Of a stretch of DNA of 64,000 bases, positions 42,772 to 57,712 are shown piece after piece. The notes under the pieces are model-generated. The model saw nothing but the letters and a program-made list of their open reading frames with translations, was not told the DNA's origin and made no database searches. The DNA lies in assembly GCA_013265495.1 (NCBI GenBank), contig MU058824.1:1143111-1207110 (forward strand). The letters run 5' to 3'. Numbering within the stretch: position 1 is the stretch's first letter; each line of letters starts with the position of its first letter. The DNA is from Vicugna vicugna (lineage: Eukaryota). The translations under genes and the position numbers were made by a program.

Positions 42772-44239
42772 ACATCAAAGCACTATTACTTCTACCTAAC
42801 ACTCAGGCTACAAAGGCTTGATTCAGAAGCCCTTATGTTTGGCAATGGAGAGGCAGACAGCCTATGGATAGCATATGGAACAGGCATTTCTGTGAGCCTT
42901 GTTAACAAAATAAAAATTAGTACCAGACACCTTGTCTTCCCAGGGCTAGAGTGACAGTCTCTATACAACATATTCTTGTTTTCGGCATAGCCTTCAATAT
43001 GCTTTCCTTTTTCAACCCTTGTTATTTGGTCCCTCTATCCTGCCATCACCCAACTTCCCCTATCAAGAACTCAGCTGGAACATCTTGTTGAAATTCGCCA
43101 GTGATGATGCCCTTTGGTTGAATTCAACTTTTCTAAATGTGTTGGGACATGAGACACAGACACCCCTTTCTGTCTTAGTGACGTGACACTACACTTCCCG
43201 AACCTACCACCACATTCAGCCCTTTGCTGCAGCTCACATCTCACATCTAAACTCTCCATCCTTGGACTTGTGCTCTGAACTCCTATTCTAACTGCCTTCC
43301 TGGATCCTCTCTGCTGGGCTTACCTGTTACTGCAAAGTCAACACATTCAAAACCTTTCTTTCCCTTACCCTGTCTATTATAGCACAACTATTCTTTACTA
43401 CACAGTATTTCCAAATATTACAAATATGCACTAACAGGCAGGTAACGGAACTAACACACAGCACACGCCTTTCAGTCCACTTAGCTATATACTAAAAGCA
43501 GATCACACCACTGCTGGCAAAGGCGAAGGCAAAAGTTCAAAGTTGGAACAAAATCCTTTCAGGTACTAAAGTCAACCCCTGTTAGCATCTAGTCTACTCC
43601 TCCACTCAGCTCCTCTGGAAGGAAGGAAGGGAGAGAGAGAGGGAGGGAGGGCAGGAGGAAAAGACATACATATATTGGCCTGTATATATTACACAGTATC
43701 TCCCTGGATACTTCCTCTCTTCTCTCCACTCCCACCTCTGGGAGGCCTATCCTCTCCTCTCCTCCTTCTTTCAGGTCTAGGGAAAGCATTTAAGAAACAT
43801 TTAAGAATGTGCTGTTTATCTCTGTAAACAAGGCTAAAACCCTGACCACAACTCCCACTGGCCTACTGCTCTGGGCTTTGTTCCTCAAAGGACTCAGTGG
43901 TTCTTCTCAACTCTGCTCCATTGGGGTTGTCCTGAGCAGTAATGTAAAAGTAACAGCACCATACGTTGTGAAAGTAAATTCTCCTCTAGTCTAGATAACA
44001 TTTCATTCCCAAGTGTAGTGCTTCAAAAAATCTGATTTATGCAGACATTTCTCCAGATAAATTGTTTACTTCCGCCACCTTTAAAGCACCTAAAAAGCAT
44101 TATTTATATAATTCAACACACAAATGAGGGCACTTTGAAAGTCTCAATCACTTGGTTTTTCCACAATACCTCCATTTTTCTAGACTCCTAAGCTCCATGG
44201 AATTAGCTGATATAAGTTAACTGATATCAGAGAAAAGCA

Positions 44240-44880
44240 TACTAAGAAAAGGCTGCCTGAACGGCAAGGTGAGATTTAATATGGGCAATTACTACAAAGG
44301 CCTTCATTTAGGCTCACAATAAACTGCACAATTACAGGATTATTGCCTAGCAGATTTAGGGAATCTGTTTAACAACAGATTTTAGAATAGTCAACAACAT
44401 TTACTGTTAACTATAGCCATGGTGATAGGGGAGACAGAGGGAGAACTGAGCGCAAAATCTCACAAATATCCAATATAATAAATAATTAGTAAGTGTTACT
44501 TGAATATCAATCTGCCATGTAAATGAGTCAGAGAATCAAAGAATTAATTCAACAAAGTTTGATCTGAAAGGTATCTTAGTTGTGAAGACAATCTCATTTT
44601 ATAGATGTAGCAACTTAGTCAGTTTCTCTCACTCCAATACTAAATCAAACCATGAAGTCAGGATGTAGTAAATTTTGTTTCATAAAAAATCATTTCCTAA
44701 TGACAACTCTTCCTTACAACAGAAATGGCTACTAAGAAGGTTAGGACTTTCCTATCATCAGAAATATTTAAGCAGAGGCTTAATGACCAATAGACTTTGT
44801 GAAGTAGGGATCTGCTGTACTAAATAAAAGATCAATCTAAAACTTTGCAGTCCTTTAAATAGTAAGATTCCACTATTTTA
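44240..44880 (+). mobile_element. L3/CR1 LINE fragments
   Basis: gagatttaatatggg...ttcatttagg...aactgcacaattacaggat and gactttcctatcatcagaaatatttaagcagaggct. Confidence 0.5.
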
Positions 44881-46589
44881 TAAGTTTCATCAAATAACAA
44901 ATATCCACGTTTTCATTTTTTGATCTATTCTACTTAACATCTTCAAGGTACAATAAGTAGAGCAGTGCACCTCATTCTTTAATTGTTTATTCTTTTCCTC
45001 CATTAAACTATGAACTTCTTCAAGTCAGGGACTGGTTTAACGCTATAAGCATCTCTGCATCCTTGGATCCTGGCACACTGGAGAGATCCAGTGGTGTTTC
45101 TTAAATATCCAAGGAATCTCTCTCTATCATGTGGCTAGTTACTACCAACAGGGTCTTCAATAAAACGGCCAAGTAAGCAAATTTTCTCTTTTACCTCCTA
45201 CTACCTTCACTTTTGAAATCCTTTTCCCAGTTCTCAGTGCTCTCTTTGCAACTGTCCAAAATTACCATGTAGGTACCTCTCAAGTCCATTTGATGTAAAA
45301 CATACCATTGCCTAGATAACTTCTCTCTCTCTATAAATGGAGGACAAACACTTTCAAAATTACAAATGAACATACCCTCTGACCCAGGAGTACAGCCTGT
45401 AGATATACTTGTGCATGTGCAAAGTGGCTTACATGCACTTACATAATAGGTTATTAACTTCCTAATAGTATATACTAGATTATAATCTGTCCTATGTTTC
45501 TATCAATAGAACTAGTAAAATGACATAATGGTACCACTATAAAATGGAAGCTAATACAGCCACACACACACACAAACAAAATTATGTTTTCTATGCACTA
45601 ATGTAGACTGACCTAGAAGATGTATTAAGTAAAAATCCACATAGTGCACAACAGCATATTTGATATAGTAACATTTATGCTAAAACGGAAGGAAAGGAGA
45701 CAGGGAGGGAGGAAAATACATACATATATCTCCCTGTTAGGATACAAAAGAAATAAGGTAACACTGGCTTCCAAGGAAGAGAACTGAGTACCCAGAAGAT
45801 AGGAGTGGGAGGAGACTTTTCTATAAACTCATCTGTAGTTTTTGAATTTTGAAAAATGTGACTGTATTACATCTATTCAAAGGTATAAATATTTTTTTAA
45901 TATGCCTCTCTATGTTCCATCCCTTTTCCCAATCTTGTCTTCAAAACTCCAACTCAGGATATTTAACCTATGGAGTACAGTCACTTCACGCCAATTTCAA
46001 AACTTAAATGTTCTTTCTGGAAAATAATTTGCTAAGATATTGTAAGAGCTTTTAAAAAGTCTTTTATCTTTTAATCCATTAATTCTACTTCTTAGAATTT
46101 AGTCTAAGCAAACAATAAGAGATGAGAGCAAAGGTGTAAGCACACAGATGTTTGTTACAGCATTTTATAGTTGAAAACAACCTCTATGAATGACAATAGA
46201 GTAGTGACAGAATAAATTATGGTAACAATCATAAATGGAATACTATAAAGCCATTAAAGCTGATACTTTAGAAGCATGTTTAAGGACAGGGGAACAATTA
46301 AAGGTGATCATAGATCATACTATTAAAGCTGTACACAATGTGGTTGTAATTCTGTTCCTATAGAGTGATCTCCTTATTTGTGTTCCACTTCAATGAATTC
46401 AGGTATGTTAATATACAGAGCAGATGTCTGCACTCTGAGCTACTCTAGCCCCGGAGGGGGGAGGTGGATGGAGAAACTTGTATTTATCATGGTGAGTGCT
46501 AAAAAATATAACTGAATTTCTTTTGTTTTCTCCCAAACTAAACATACTTTTACACAGTTTCCTATTGGATTTTATGTTGACTAGTGGGT

Positions 46590-46815
46590 ATTATTAAGAG
46601 TATGGTAGTTAATTTCATAGCATTCAGTGACCAAGAAACTCAAGTTTGAATCCTTTCTCTGCCAGTCAGCCTTTAAGTAATTCTGAGGAAATTGTTTAAC
46701 TTTTTTGAGCCTGTTTCCTAAATGTACAACAAAAACAATCTCATAAAGTTTGAAATTTAAATGAGATAGAATATTTAGTGCAGTGCCTGGCAAAAAACAA
46801 AATGCTGAAAAATTC
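46590..46815 (+). mobile_element. MIR SINE
   Basis: gtttgaatcctttctctgcc...tgagcctgtttcctaaatgtac...cagtgcctggca. Confidence 0.65.
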
Positions 46816-47999
46816 ATTTACGCACTCATTCAGTATTTTACAGTATTTTAACACCTACTATGTGCCAGTCCCTAGATGCTGAACAGAGAGCCAGAGCAAA
46901 CCTTCATACAATTCTAGGAGGCAACACTGACAGAGTATAATAATGTAAACACGTACACACAGAGACCTGAACATTCATGGTAGCTTTTTCTCTCTCTTTC
47001 TATTCACAAATACCCATATAGAGTTTTTCAGCAATATGACTGCTTGAACAGGGTTAGCCCAAGAATTTCACTGTTGTAGCATGAGAAAAGTACCTACAGG
47101 GAAGTATATTTTCAGTTCCAGCCCAAATTAACGAAGTGTTATAACACATCTAGTGTATATATAATACCCACAAATGATAAGGAATCATAACGCATTAACC
47201 ATAATATGTTCACACTGGAAGAACCTGATAATTACCTGATCCTAACCCCTTTTTACAGATGAGGAAACAGGAGTGCCCTAAGAGTTGTAATATAATCTAA
47301 TTTATTCTAAAAGCACCAAAAGAAAAAACAAGGATTATTACATAATCTATGGTGATCTCCCTCAAGTAGGACAAGACAAAGGATTCTCCCCTTCCCCTTT
47401 GGAAGGCAAGAATGGCTGTAGGAGACGTTGTGACTTGGTTGCGTAGATACTAAGGCATAGTGATGATCATTCTGGGTCTGGGGAATGAAGAAGGAGACAG
47501 GACTGGTTAGAGAAGGAAGTGGTAGCCACTTACTAGCTGCCTCTGAATTAAAGGCAGAGGAGAGTTACACCTGGGCCAGCAAACAGCAAAAGACCTACTG
47601 GAGCCATAGTTGAAGAAATGAGCTGAAGAAGGTGCCGTGTAGTCAGTAATTTTAGAAGCACAGAGAAAAGATGAACACCTTTTACCAGGAAACAGTGTAT
47701 GTAACCTGTGTAGGAAGAAAGAATATACCTTTAGGACAGAGATGATCAGGATGAGACTCCTGCTCTCAAAGAGTTCACAATATGATGTGGAGAACAATCA
47801 TGCCACTGATAAAGGGTAGTGTAGACCAAGTGCAGAGGGAGCACAGAAAAGGGAGACTTCTCTCATAGACAGACACCTAAGCTGAGGCTTATGGAAGGAA
47901 AGACGGTCATTCCAGGGAGATGATAAACAAAGATACTGTTCACAGACTCAGTAATAAGATTTAGGCAGTTTAGGAAAATGTAAATAGATCATATAATTA

Positions 48000-48900
48000 T
48001 CTCGATGTAAACAAACAGAAAACATAAAATTCAATACCTATTCGAGATAAAACCAAACAGTCACTATACAAAAAAGTCATCACCTTTTCTTAAACCAGCA
48101 ACAAATAGAAAACAAAAAAATCAAATACCTAGGAATAAAAAGACATTTAAGACCTCTACAGTGAAAGCTGCAAAACATTACTTAATAGAAATTATGAAAA
48201 AGTAAAATAAAATATATTTATTTATAAATGGAGGAACATGTCAGTCTCCTCACTGGGAGATTCAATACTGTAAAAAATGTCAATATTCTGCAAAGTGATC
48301 TGTGCATTCAGCAAAATCAAATAAAAATCCTTACAGGTTGGGGCAGGCGCACGTGCATGTGAGTGAGAATTGACTAGCTGATTCTAAAGTTTATGTGGAA
48401 AAACATCCTAAGAAAGTCAAAGCACTCCTGGAAAACAATGCTTTTGGAAGATGTACACTATCAGATATCAAGACCCATCACAACATTATAATATTGAAGA
48501 GAGTGTGTATTAGCACAAGGGCAAGTAAACCAATGGAACAGAATGGAGATTCCAGAAACAGACTTTCACATATACAACTACTTGATTTATCGTAAAGGTG
48601 ACAACATAGTGCACTAGGAAAAGGAAGGCATTACCAACAAATAGTGCTGGATCAACTGGGCATACATATCTTAAAAACAAACAAAAAACAAAAACAGTAA
48701 CATCTCATGCCACAATCAAAAATCAACATCAAATGGACTGTGTATCTCAGTGTGAAAGGTAAAACAAGAAGCCTTTTAGATGAAAACATGGGAAAACATT
48801 TTTAAGATACTGAATCCAGAAAGATTAATCAAATAGGATTCAAAAAGCACTAACCTTAAAGAGAAAAAACCTGGACTACATTAAAATACGCTAAAAGACA
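48000..48900 (+). mobile_element. Old L1M ORF2 fragment
   Basis: aaatacctaggaataaa; ctagctgattctaaagtttatgtggaaa; accaatggaacagaatggagattccagaaacagac. Confidence 0.75.
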
Positions 48901-48991
48901 CCATTCTTCTTTGCCATTTTTCTATTCATAGCTCTCTTTTTTAGATTTATCAAATATTTGTCTGTTTTAATAATGTGTTTACAAAGAACCA

Positions 48992-49466
48992 ATTTGGAGA
49001 ACAAACAACCCAATCCAAAAATGGGCAGAGAATCTAAACATTTCTCAGGTGAAGACATACAAATGGCCAATAGGCACATGAAAACATGCTCAATATCGCT
49101 AATTATCAGAGAAATGCAAATCAAAACTACAATGAGGTATCACCTCACACCAGTCAAAATGGCCATCATTCAAAAGTCTACAAATGATAAACGCTGGAGA
49201 GGCTGTGGAGAAAAGGGAACCCTCCTATACTGTTGGTGGGAATGTAGTTTGGTGCTGCCACTATGGAAAACATTACGGAGATTCCTTAAAAAACTAAAAA
49301 TAGATTTACCCTATGATCCAGCAATCACACTCCTGGGCATATATCTGGAGCATATATCAAAAAGATCCATGCACCCCAATGTTCATAGCAGCACTATATA
49401 CAATAGCCAAGACATAGAAGCAACCTAAATGTCCATCAACAGATGACTGGATAAAGAAGTTGTGGT

Positions 49467-49517
<51 letters not shown>

Positions 49518-49982
49518 GGAACACTACTCACACATAAAAAAAAGAATAAAATGATGTCATTTGCAGCATAGACAGACCTGGAAGTTGCCATACTAAGTGA
49601 AGTAAGCCAGAAAGAGAAAGAAAAATACCATATGATATCATTTATATGTGGAATATTTTTAAATGACACAAATGAACTTATTTACAAAACAGAAACAGGC
49701 TCACAGACATAGAAAACAAACTTAAAGTTGCCAGGAGGGAAAAGGAGGGGTGGAGAGAGAAAGTGGGAGTTCGGGATTTGCAGATACTAATTACTATGTA
49801 TAAAATAGATAAACAACAAGGTCCTACTATTAGCACAGGGAACTATGTATTCAATACTTAGTAAGAGCCTATAATGAAAAAGGATATAAGGACTATATAT
49901 ATATAACTGAATCACTATACTGTACACCAGAAATTAACACCACATTGTAAACCAACTATACTTCAATTTTAAAAAAACACAC
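48992..49982 (+). mobile_element. Younger 5'-truncated L1 (ORF2 C-terminus and 3'UTR) inserted into an older antisense L1M
   Basis: Plus ORF 48958-49428 [29 protein letters not shown]...CWWEC...[13 protein letters not shown]; direct repeat ACAAAGAACCA at 48981-48991 and 49983-49993. Confidence 0.92.
49469..49514. repeat. Perfect (AC)23 microsatellite inside the L1 3'UTR
   Basis: Counted directly. Confidence 0.97.
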
Positions 49983-49993
49983 ACAAAGAACCA

Positions 49994-51010
49994 GTTGAGG
50001 GTTTTATGGATCAAATCTATTTTTCTTAATTTTTTTTTCTAAATCCTCATTTCCTTGGTATTTACTAGTTGTTCTTTCTTTAGCTTGACTTTCAATCTTA
50101 TTCCGTTCAAATTTTCCTTTGGGTACTGTTTTAGCGAAGTTCCCACTAGGTTTGATATGTACAGCTCTAGTGCATTTCTAAATGGTTTGTAACTTACAAT
50201 TGTAATTTCTTCTTTAACCCTGGATTATTTAAAAGAATAATCTTACATTTTGGCTTTTTTTTTCTTTTTTGGTTACTGTTAATGTCTAATTTGAATTTTC
50301 TTTGTAGGCTTCCATATCATCAACTTCCTGAAAAACCAGAGAATTATTTTAAAGAATTATATTCATGATTACAAAATTGGAATACATTATTTATTACTGT
50401 TATTCAGATACTGCTTTCTTAATCTACAAACAGTGAATTGATCAATGTCTCCTATTTTTAACAGTCCTAGCTTTATGTATTTTGACACTATTTTATTAGT
50501 TGCATAAAGATTCATGACATGTCTTGAGAGATATCTCTTATCAAAAACAAAATACATCTCTTTCTTCCCTTTAATGCTTTTGTAACATGAATTTTATTTT
50601 GCCAGGTATTAATCTTACCATATCTACTTTTCTGTTTTTGTCAGATTTGCCTTTTTGTATTCCACTATTTCAACCTTTTGATGTCATCTTAAGCATCTCT
50701 TGAAAAATACTACTAGATTTGCAGGCCTCTGTGTTTGTATTAATCCAATCTAAGAACCTGTCTTTTCAACAGGGGAAGTCAACTCTTCATATTTACTAAA
50801 TATTCATGGACTTACAACTGCCATATATTTACCATTAATTTTTTAACTTAGATTTTATTTTGATCAAAGTTGTGTCTGTACAGTTTAAGGTGTCAAATAG
50901 TTCTACAAGACTGTTAACCAAAAAAAAAAAAAAAAGGAACAACAACACTCAACCCTTCCTATTTCCTGCTCCACAGAAATAATCACATTTTCTACTCTCG
51001 AGTCTCTTGG
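49994..51010 (-). mobile_element. Old L1ME-type fragments (host of the preceding insertion)
   Basis: T-rich antisense L1 motifs, e.g. taatccaatctaagaacctgtcttttcaacagggg. Confidence 0.6.
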
Positions 51011-54000
51011 TATTTAGCTTTATGTCATTTCCATCTGTTTGTGAAACAAAGGAAAAAAGTCACAGAATTTAGCAAAAAGAGGGATGACGGGTACTGTTAG
51101 AAATCTGAGACTTCGTGAACCACACATATAGTTACATAAGCTTTAACGTTCCTGCCTTCCCTAGTCTGAATTGTTCATCTTCCTTGTCAACAAAATGTCA
51201 AAGAAAGCAGTTCAATTCTAGTTGCAGTCTCCTAAAGAAACATAGCTGAACTAAACCAGGCAAGGACAGAAAAGCCCAGCCAAAATAGAGAGGCTTTTAT
51301 AATTTTCTATAATATTTATATTGTTATAGCACTTCAAAGTTTTGAATCCACAGCCTCACTTGGGGCATGAGGGTGCAGGTAGCTAGTGCTGTCCAAACTC
51401 CTTTCACAGGAACATTAACCCTTCTAAGACTAAACTATGTATATATTACAACTGGAGCCTGAAAATACACTGTAACCAGCCTAATAAAGTTTTCAGACCT
51501 CCAAATCGAGACATCCGAAGACTTAGCATTAGGAATACAGATTTCAAATTGCTGGTAGCATTTTGGTAACTGAAGAAGGCCTCTAGTAGGGGGTTGGTTA
51601 TGAAAAGAAAAGAGTCTGCCAGGGCCTAATGTCACTTATCCTTCAGAGACTAGAAGTTACACAAAGAATTATGCTGTGCAGAATTATGCAGTACAGGTAT
51701 ATGATGGCACAGAATTATAATGTCTACACATAAGTCAATAATTACTAGGCCCGAGCAATAGTTTAGGATGGTTCTGAGACTTTCCTCCCAATCCAGCATC
51801 TCTAAGCTAAATTAGATGCAAGCATCCAATTGCTTAGAGCAGCTATTTCCTTGGGGCACACCATCTGTTTGCAACGCACAGCTAATTCTGCATCTGTTGA
51901 TCCTTGAAGAATATCCCCTAAGATTCCTGCCTGACTCCTAAAATCCAATTTATTGAAACCCTTTCCCTCCCCTTCTCCCATCATAAAGCAGGAGTAGGCT
52001 GGATCTGACAAAACTTAAGTGATATACGAGAAGAGGTGGAAAGGCCCCAGCTAAAAGAATATTTATGTACACCCCCTCTTTTTTAGGATAAAGTGGAAGA
52101 AGCAATTGTGATCTTGGGGAGAAAGGCTATATGAGAGCAGAAAGACTTACGATTATAAATGTATTAAAAATAAGATGGAAGAGAATAAAGGTACAATTTA
52201 CCATGGGAGGGGAGAAAGCAAAACAACGAAGAAAGAAAAAAGTTTTCACAGGAAAGTGATCTACGGGGCTGTGTTAATTGGCTTGTTTGCTGGTAAGTAG
52301 GGAATTTCAAATCTACAATGTACAACTATCACCTATAATTTTTTTTTCTTAAATAGAGAAGAGAAAGAAAAGGACAAAAAAATGTTGAGACAGACGTGAT
52401 TCTCAAGCCCTGGAGAATGTCAAGGAAAGGGCCTAGAATATGCACCCTGGAGGGCTCTGAACCCCCCCCCCCACCGGGTTGTTTTATTTCCTCTGGCTGT
52501 AGCAAGTACTGCTGGTTTGTCTGTGTTTAGAGAAATCAGTAATAGAAACCTACCTGGGGTAAGGAGATACTATTGTTTTTGTCAGTTCCCCCCTCTAATG
52601 TTATGAATATTTTCAAACATTCAGAAAAAGTGATAGAAATGTGAACACCTATACACCACTACCTAAATTCCGTAACTGCTATTTTGCTATATTATCATTA
52701 TTTATCCCTCTATGCATGTATCTGTTAAGTCCGATTCAATAGTATTTAAAGAGATCTTCCATAAATTAGGTGATTAAAAAAAAATCATTCTCCCTAATGG
52801 AGGCCCAAGCCAGAAAAGGGATGCTAAATGAAGTTGTAAGTGAGGAGGAAGTTGAATTCCTGTTCAGTCATTAGCTGAATTATTTTCCTGAAATTACCCT
52901 GATTATCCTGAAATACCATGAACGTCTGAGCTCCAGTTTCCTCATCTATTAAATAAAGACAAAATAATAATCATGGTCTCATGGTTCTTTCTAGTCTAAA
53001 AACTTATGATTCTATGAAAAACAATTTTCTTAATAACTATCATTTACTTCATGTTTTCTATGTGCCAGGAAGTATGCTACAAGTTTTATGAGAGCAAGCT
53101 CACTCAACCTTCACAGGTTCCCAAAAATTTCTGAGACACCCCATCATGAACACCATCACCTGTTTTTAGCAGCACTAGGCCACCCTGACTTCTTTCCATT
53201 TGTGTTTCCTCTCTACGTTCTCAGCGCTCGTATGGTATACTGCTTTGGTGGAACTAGCTAGAACTAGCAATCAGAATTTGCCTTTCCTCACTGAGAAACA
53301 TGAGCAAACTCTAGCCCATGGTCTGTAATTTCTCTTCAAATGTGAAATGAGATAAAATAGCTAAAACTACTTTAACTTGTTTATTTTGGTAAAATAATTA
53401 CATATAATTATTGTTGAAGGAAATCTACAATACACAATCTGGGTGTTTTTATTTAAATCTGTTGTACACTGAATAACAAAATTAAAATGTCAGTTTTTCA
53501 ATTGGAGAAAGTACTCAAAACAACAGCCATGTGCTAAACAAAGAGACTCAATTAGAGCACATTATGGTTTGGTTTGGGAATGAATACATTAAGCAAAAAG
53601 AAAAAAAAAGCCCCATACATATAGTGTGTGTGTGTTGATATAAATGAAAAGCCACTGTCACTGCTTTTATCTCTATGTTCCTTTTCAGGTTTAACTATCT
53701 CCTCCATGCTCAGTGCTCCAAAATATGTATATTAGTCCTCATTTCTAGTTAAAAAAAAAAAAAAGCCGTCTGTTTTTGCTTTTTTCCATGGGAGCTATTT
53801 GTATTTCCATACATATTTAAAGATCTTATATTGTAGAAATGTAACAGGATGCCTGCACAAGGTGTCCTAGAACTATAAATATACACTATTATGTAATCGG
53901 TGAGGTTCACACCTAAGAAATCTGGAATGGAATGGTTATCCTGAAGCAAGTGAACAAAAATAAGGAGGTTCAGCCCTGTTGGTTGGAACAAGGAAACACT

Positions 54001-56562
54001 GGAACAGGCCTGAAGTAACCCAGCAACTGCAGAATAAGCCAGGAAAGTGAATCCACTCAAGTCAAGGAGAGTGATAAACTCAAATTCTTCACTTTTTTCC
54101 CAATGGACCTTACACAAAGACTTCTACAACAGGTTCTGCTCAAAAGCAGGGAGAAACTTGTTTTCCCTAGTGAAATCAGCATGTCTGCAACCAAAGAATG
54201 TTCTTTATAGTACTGGTAATATACGTAGGTTTATGAATACTGGGGTTACTATGCAACCAACATATGTAGGGCCATGCTCTCTGGCTAAGTGCGGTCTCTC
54301 CTAAAGGAAGTCATCATTCCCAACATCCATCACCCAGAAAGGAGGCAGCTTTTCAAACAGGAAACCCAAGCAAAGACACTCTCTGGACCTTGCTATCTTG
54401 GACCTTGCTCTGTTCACTTTGGTGGCAGTACTCAGACTCTGTCTGCCAAAAGGAGACAGGCCAAAAGATAAGGAGCTGAAGACAATGTCTTTGTAAACCA
54501 GGATGAATAGTTTCATGTTGCTTTATATTCATTATCCTCTAGCTTTCAGAAAAGCTTGATTTAAACATTGCAGCCTTACATCAGCTGTTTCATTGGCCTT
54601 AGGGTAAGACTAGTGTGTCATTAGAATAAGAGAAGGAAAATGGTAGCAGCAGTACTAAATTGAATCCTAAAACCATGTTAAAGAGGAAGGCTGAGAACAA
54701 GAACCTGGGCTGCCAGGTCCAGGAACTCTTACCACTTGGAGATTCTCCCTGTATTGCAGTCTTCGTGTTTGGGGTTCCATTTCATTGGGTAAGGTGGCAG
54801 CTTCCTCATGTGATCTCAGCAACAGGCAAAGAGATCTGTACAAACTCTCAGGCTCCCTTATTGCTCTCACTGCTAGAAAACTCAGTGCTAATTACTGTGC
54901 TCAACTACTAAAACTTCCCTCAGCTAAGTTATGGCTGATTGTTCTCTTTCTTTTCCCCCTATATTGGTTCTTATCTTTCTGATCATTAGTTTTGGTCTTA
55001 CTGCATGTTTTCATTTCAAACTTCCTAAATTCTTTTCTGAAAAATGGCCAGAGTAAAACCAATCACTGAATAAATTTTTCCCATACAATAACATAAAGTT
55101 ACAAAACAGTGATCATCTTGAAGCCATTAATACTAGGGAAGTTGAGAGTCTGTATGCTGGCTGAAAACAGGAGAAAACAAGCCTGAACTATATCTGTGAG
55201 TACAGAATTCTGGAGGAGAAAACAGAGCTTGGAAATAATCAATGCCATCCTCTTATATGTAATGCAAGAAATTTCTTCTACGGCTTCTCACACAGGAGAT
55301 TATCTCTACCTCCACCTCTGCCTGAATATTTCCAATGACAGGGAACATAGTACCTTATAATGTTCCACTTTGTGACAGCTCCCATCGATAAAATCCTTCC
55401 TTATATTGTGTGAAATTGGCCTCTCAGTCTACCAACTAATCATAGTTCTTCATTACATAGACATGTACTTCCTCTTTCAAAAGACCCCTTCACTTACCTA
55501 AACATATAATTCCACTTACTGAATGTTTACCAGTATCAGGCTATATGCTAGGTACTCTATAAACACTACCACATATTACCTTCACAATCATCATTTAAGT
55601 TAGGTGTTATCCTCCTTTGAAAAGTGAGTCCCAGAGAGATATACTGATTAAAATTTAATTCCAGACAAATACGTCAGGGCTCTTATACCTACTACCATAA
55701 AGATTTTATTATATTTCTGCAAGCAAGTCACATGACTTAAACACCTTCAATAAAGGAACGGAAACAAATACGTTAGATCAATCCAAAGAGAAAAATACAG
55801 TCTAGAGATACATACGACTGCACTAGTATTTGCTTCATGAGGGAAAACAGTAGCATGAAAAGCATTTAACAAGACTGTCATCAGGGAGCTCCAGGAGACA
55901 ACAAAGGTGACACCTATAACATCACAACCTTGATCTGAAGCCAGTGGAGTAAATGCAGGCCCCAAACAAGAAACTTCCTCTCCTTCACCTTAGCCCGGAA
56001 CCAGAGAAGATTCCCAAGAAATCAATCATATTACTGCAGAGAAAGCAGCACAGCCTGAAGGCTCATTTCAGTAGAACTGGAAGATCACAAAAATTCTTAA
56101 TACATATTTCTTTGGCTTTGTGGAGGCTGAGGGGTGGGGTGGGAAACAAAACCCAACCCAGGAGGGAAGACTATAACAGTGAACTGAGCAAGGCTCCAGA
56201 TCTAAACTAGGAATTCAGACTTAAAATAAATACTCCACTCCTGGGGGCACCAGAATCCAAAGAAAGATAATGAGATGGAAGGCGAATGCTGATAATCATT
56301 TCTTGCCTAAGGTCTTCTCCCATTTCCAATTATGTTCTAGTCTTATATCACTGCTGTCTACTGAACAATTTCACTTGGCTAGCCTACCTTCACTTCAAAC
56401 TCAACATGCTCAAACCAGAATTCAATTCCCCTCAGCCTTTCTTTCACCAAATTCCTTAGTAGTTTAAGGCACTATCTGGGTGTAAAAACCCTGGTCACTC
56501 TTTTTTATTTCATGGAGTCCATCTTACTTGTACTCTTCCTTTTTACAGCTAAGAGCCGCTGC

Positions 56563-56940
56563 CATTCAACAAATATTTACTGAGTGACTATGATGCACCA
56601 GGTACTTTCTTTGCACTTGAGATATACTGATAAGCAAAACAAAGATATCTACTTTCATGAAGTTTATATCCTAGTAGTTAGGAGACAATAAACATAGTAA
56701 GTAAATATAGCAAGTAAAAACAGTATTTCAGAAAGTAGTGTTATAACAAAGAAAAAGTAGAGTAAGACAATGGCAATTACAAAAATGGTGTTGAGGGTAA
56801 GCCTCTTTGAGAAAAAGGGGATATGTGAGCAAACACACAGAACAAGTGAGATGAGCAAAGACACAGAAGTAGTGAGGGAAGAAGCCATGCAGATATGTGG
56901 GGAAAGAGCCCGCTGGCAGGGGAACAGCCGTGCAAAGGCC
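56563..56940 (-). mobile_element. L2 LINE 3' fragment
   Basis: cattcaacaaatatttactgagtgactatgatgcaccagg...gggaacagccgtgcaaaggcc. Confidence 0.7.
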
Positions 56941-57578
56941 CTCCTACCAGCTCCTCCCATGTCTTTGTATGAAATGTCACAGAGCCACTCTTTCACTCCA
57001 TTCCCACAGCCATCATACAACTCCAAAATCTTCTAGGTAGTCACTCTGCTCCATTTCCTCTGTGGTGCAGTTAGACATTCTTTTTCCATATTAAAATCAT
57101 CCACCTGATTTTCAAGGCTCGTAAGTCTCTGAGCCCACCCTTTATATCGTGAATTTCCATCTCTCCCCTTAAAATTCTTGAAATTTAGCATGTTCTCTCT
57201 TCACACACATCAATGTCCCCTGCCTAGGAGTGCTCTCCGTCTGCCCCTCATCCTCTCTACACCATATCCTACAAGGCATGAGATCAAGTCCTACCGCCTC
57301 TATAAAGTGGTCCCTGTGGTTGCTATTATTGAATCTGTATTCATCTTATTTCACCAGCATCATCTTCCTGGTAAACAAATGTCTCTTTTTCTATACTTCC
57401 CATTGTGTTGACCATTACTGAATATTTGCTAAGAGTAAATGAGATTTCTTCTACAAGCCAAAGCTCTGCCATCTTAAAAAGATATTTATTAGCTTTGATA
57501 AGCTACTGAAAGAGAATGATTACAGAATGGTTAGATTATACAAAAAAAATGCATAGGGGTAGAATAAGCCAAAATGTT

Positions 57579-57712
57579 TTTTTGTGGGGGGGGGTACTGG
57601 GGGTAGATAGGTTTATTTGTTTGTTTATTTATTTTTAATGGCAGTGCTGGGGATTGAACCCAGGACCTGGTGCATGTTAGGCACACACTACCACTGAGCT
57701 CTACCCTCCCCC
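57579..57712 (-). mobile_element. tRNA-derived SINE, camelid Vic-1-like, with 14-bp TSD
   Basis: Minus strand GGGGAGGGTAGAGCTCAGTGGTAG (A box)...GGGTTCAATCCCCAGCAC (B box), then TAAA repeats and a C-rich tail; TSD TAAGCCAAAATGTT at 57565-57578 and 57713-57726. Confidence 0.9.

Noticed and set aside
43617..43660. GGAA/GA purine tract as an ETS enhancer or triplex
   Set aside because: Short, mixed, ordinary low-complexity sequence.
48958..49428. 156-aa ORF with Cys/His motif
   Set aside because: C-terminus of L1 ORF2 in a 5'-truncated copy.
57640..57712. tRNA gene
   Set aside because: A and B boxes belong to a SINE with tail and TSD.
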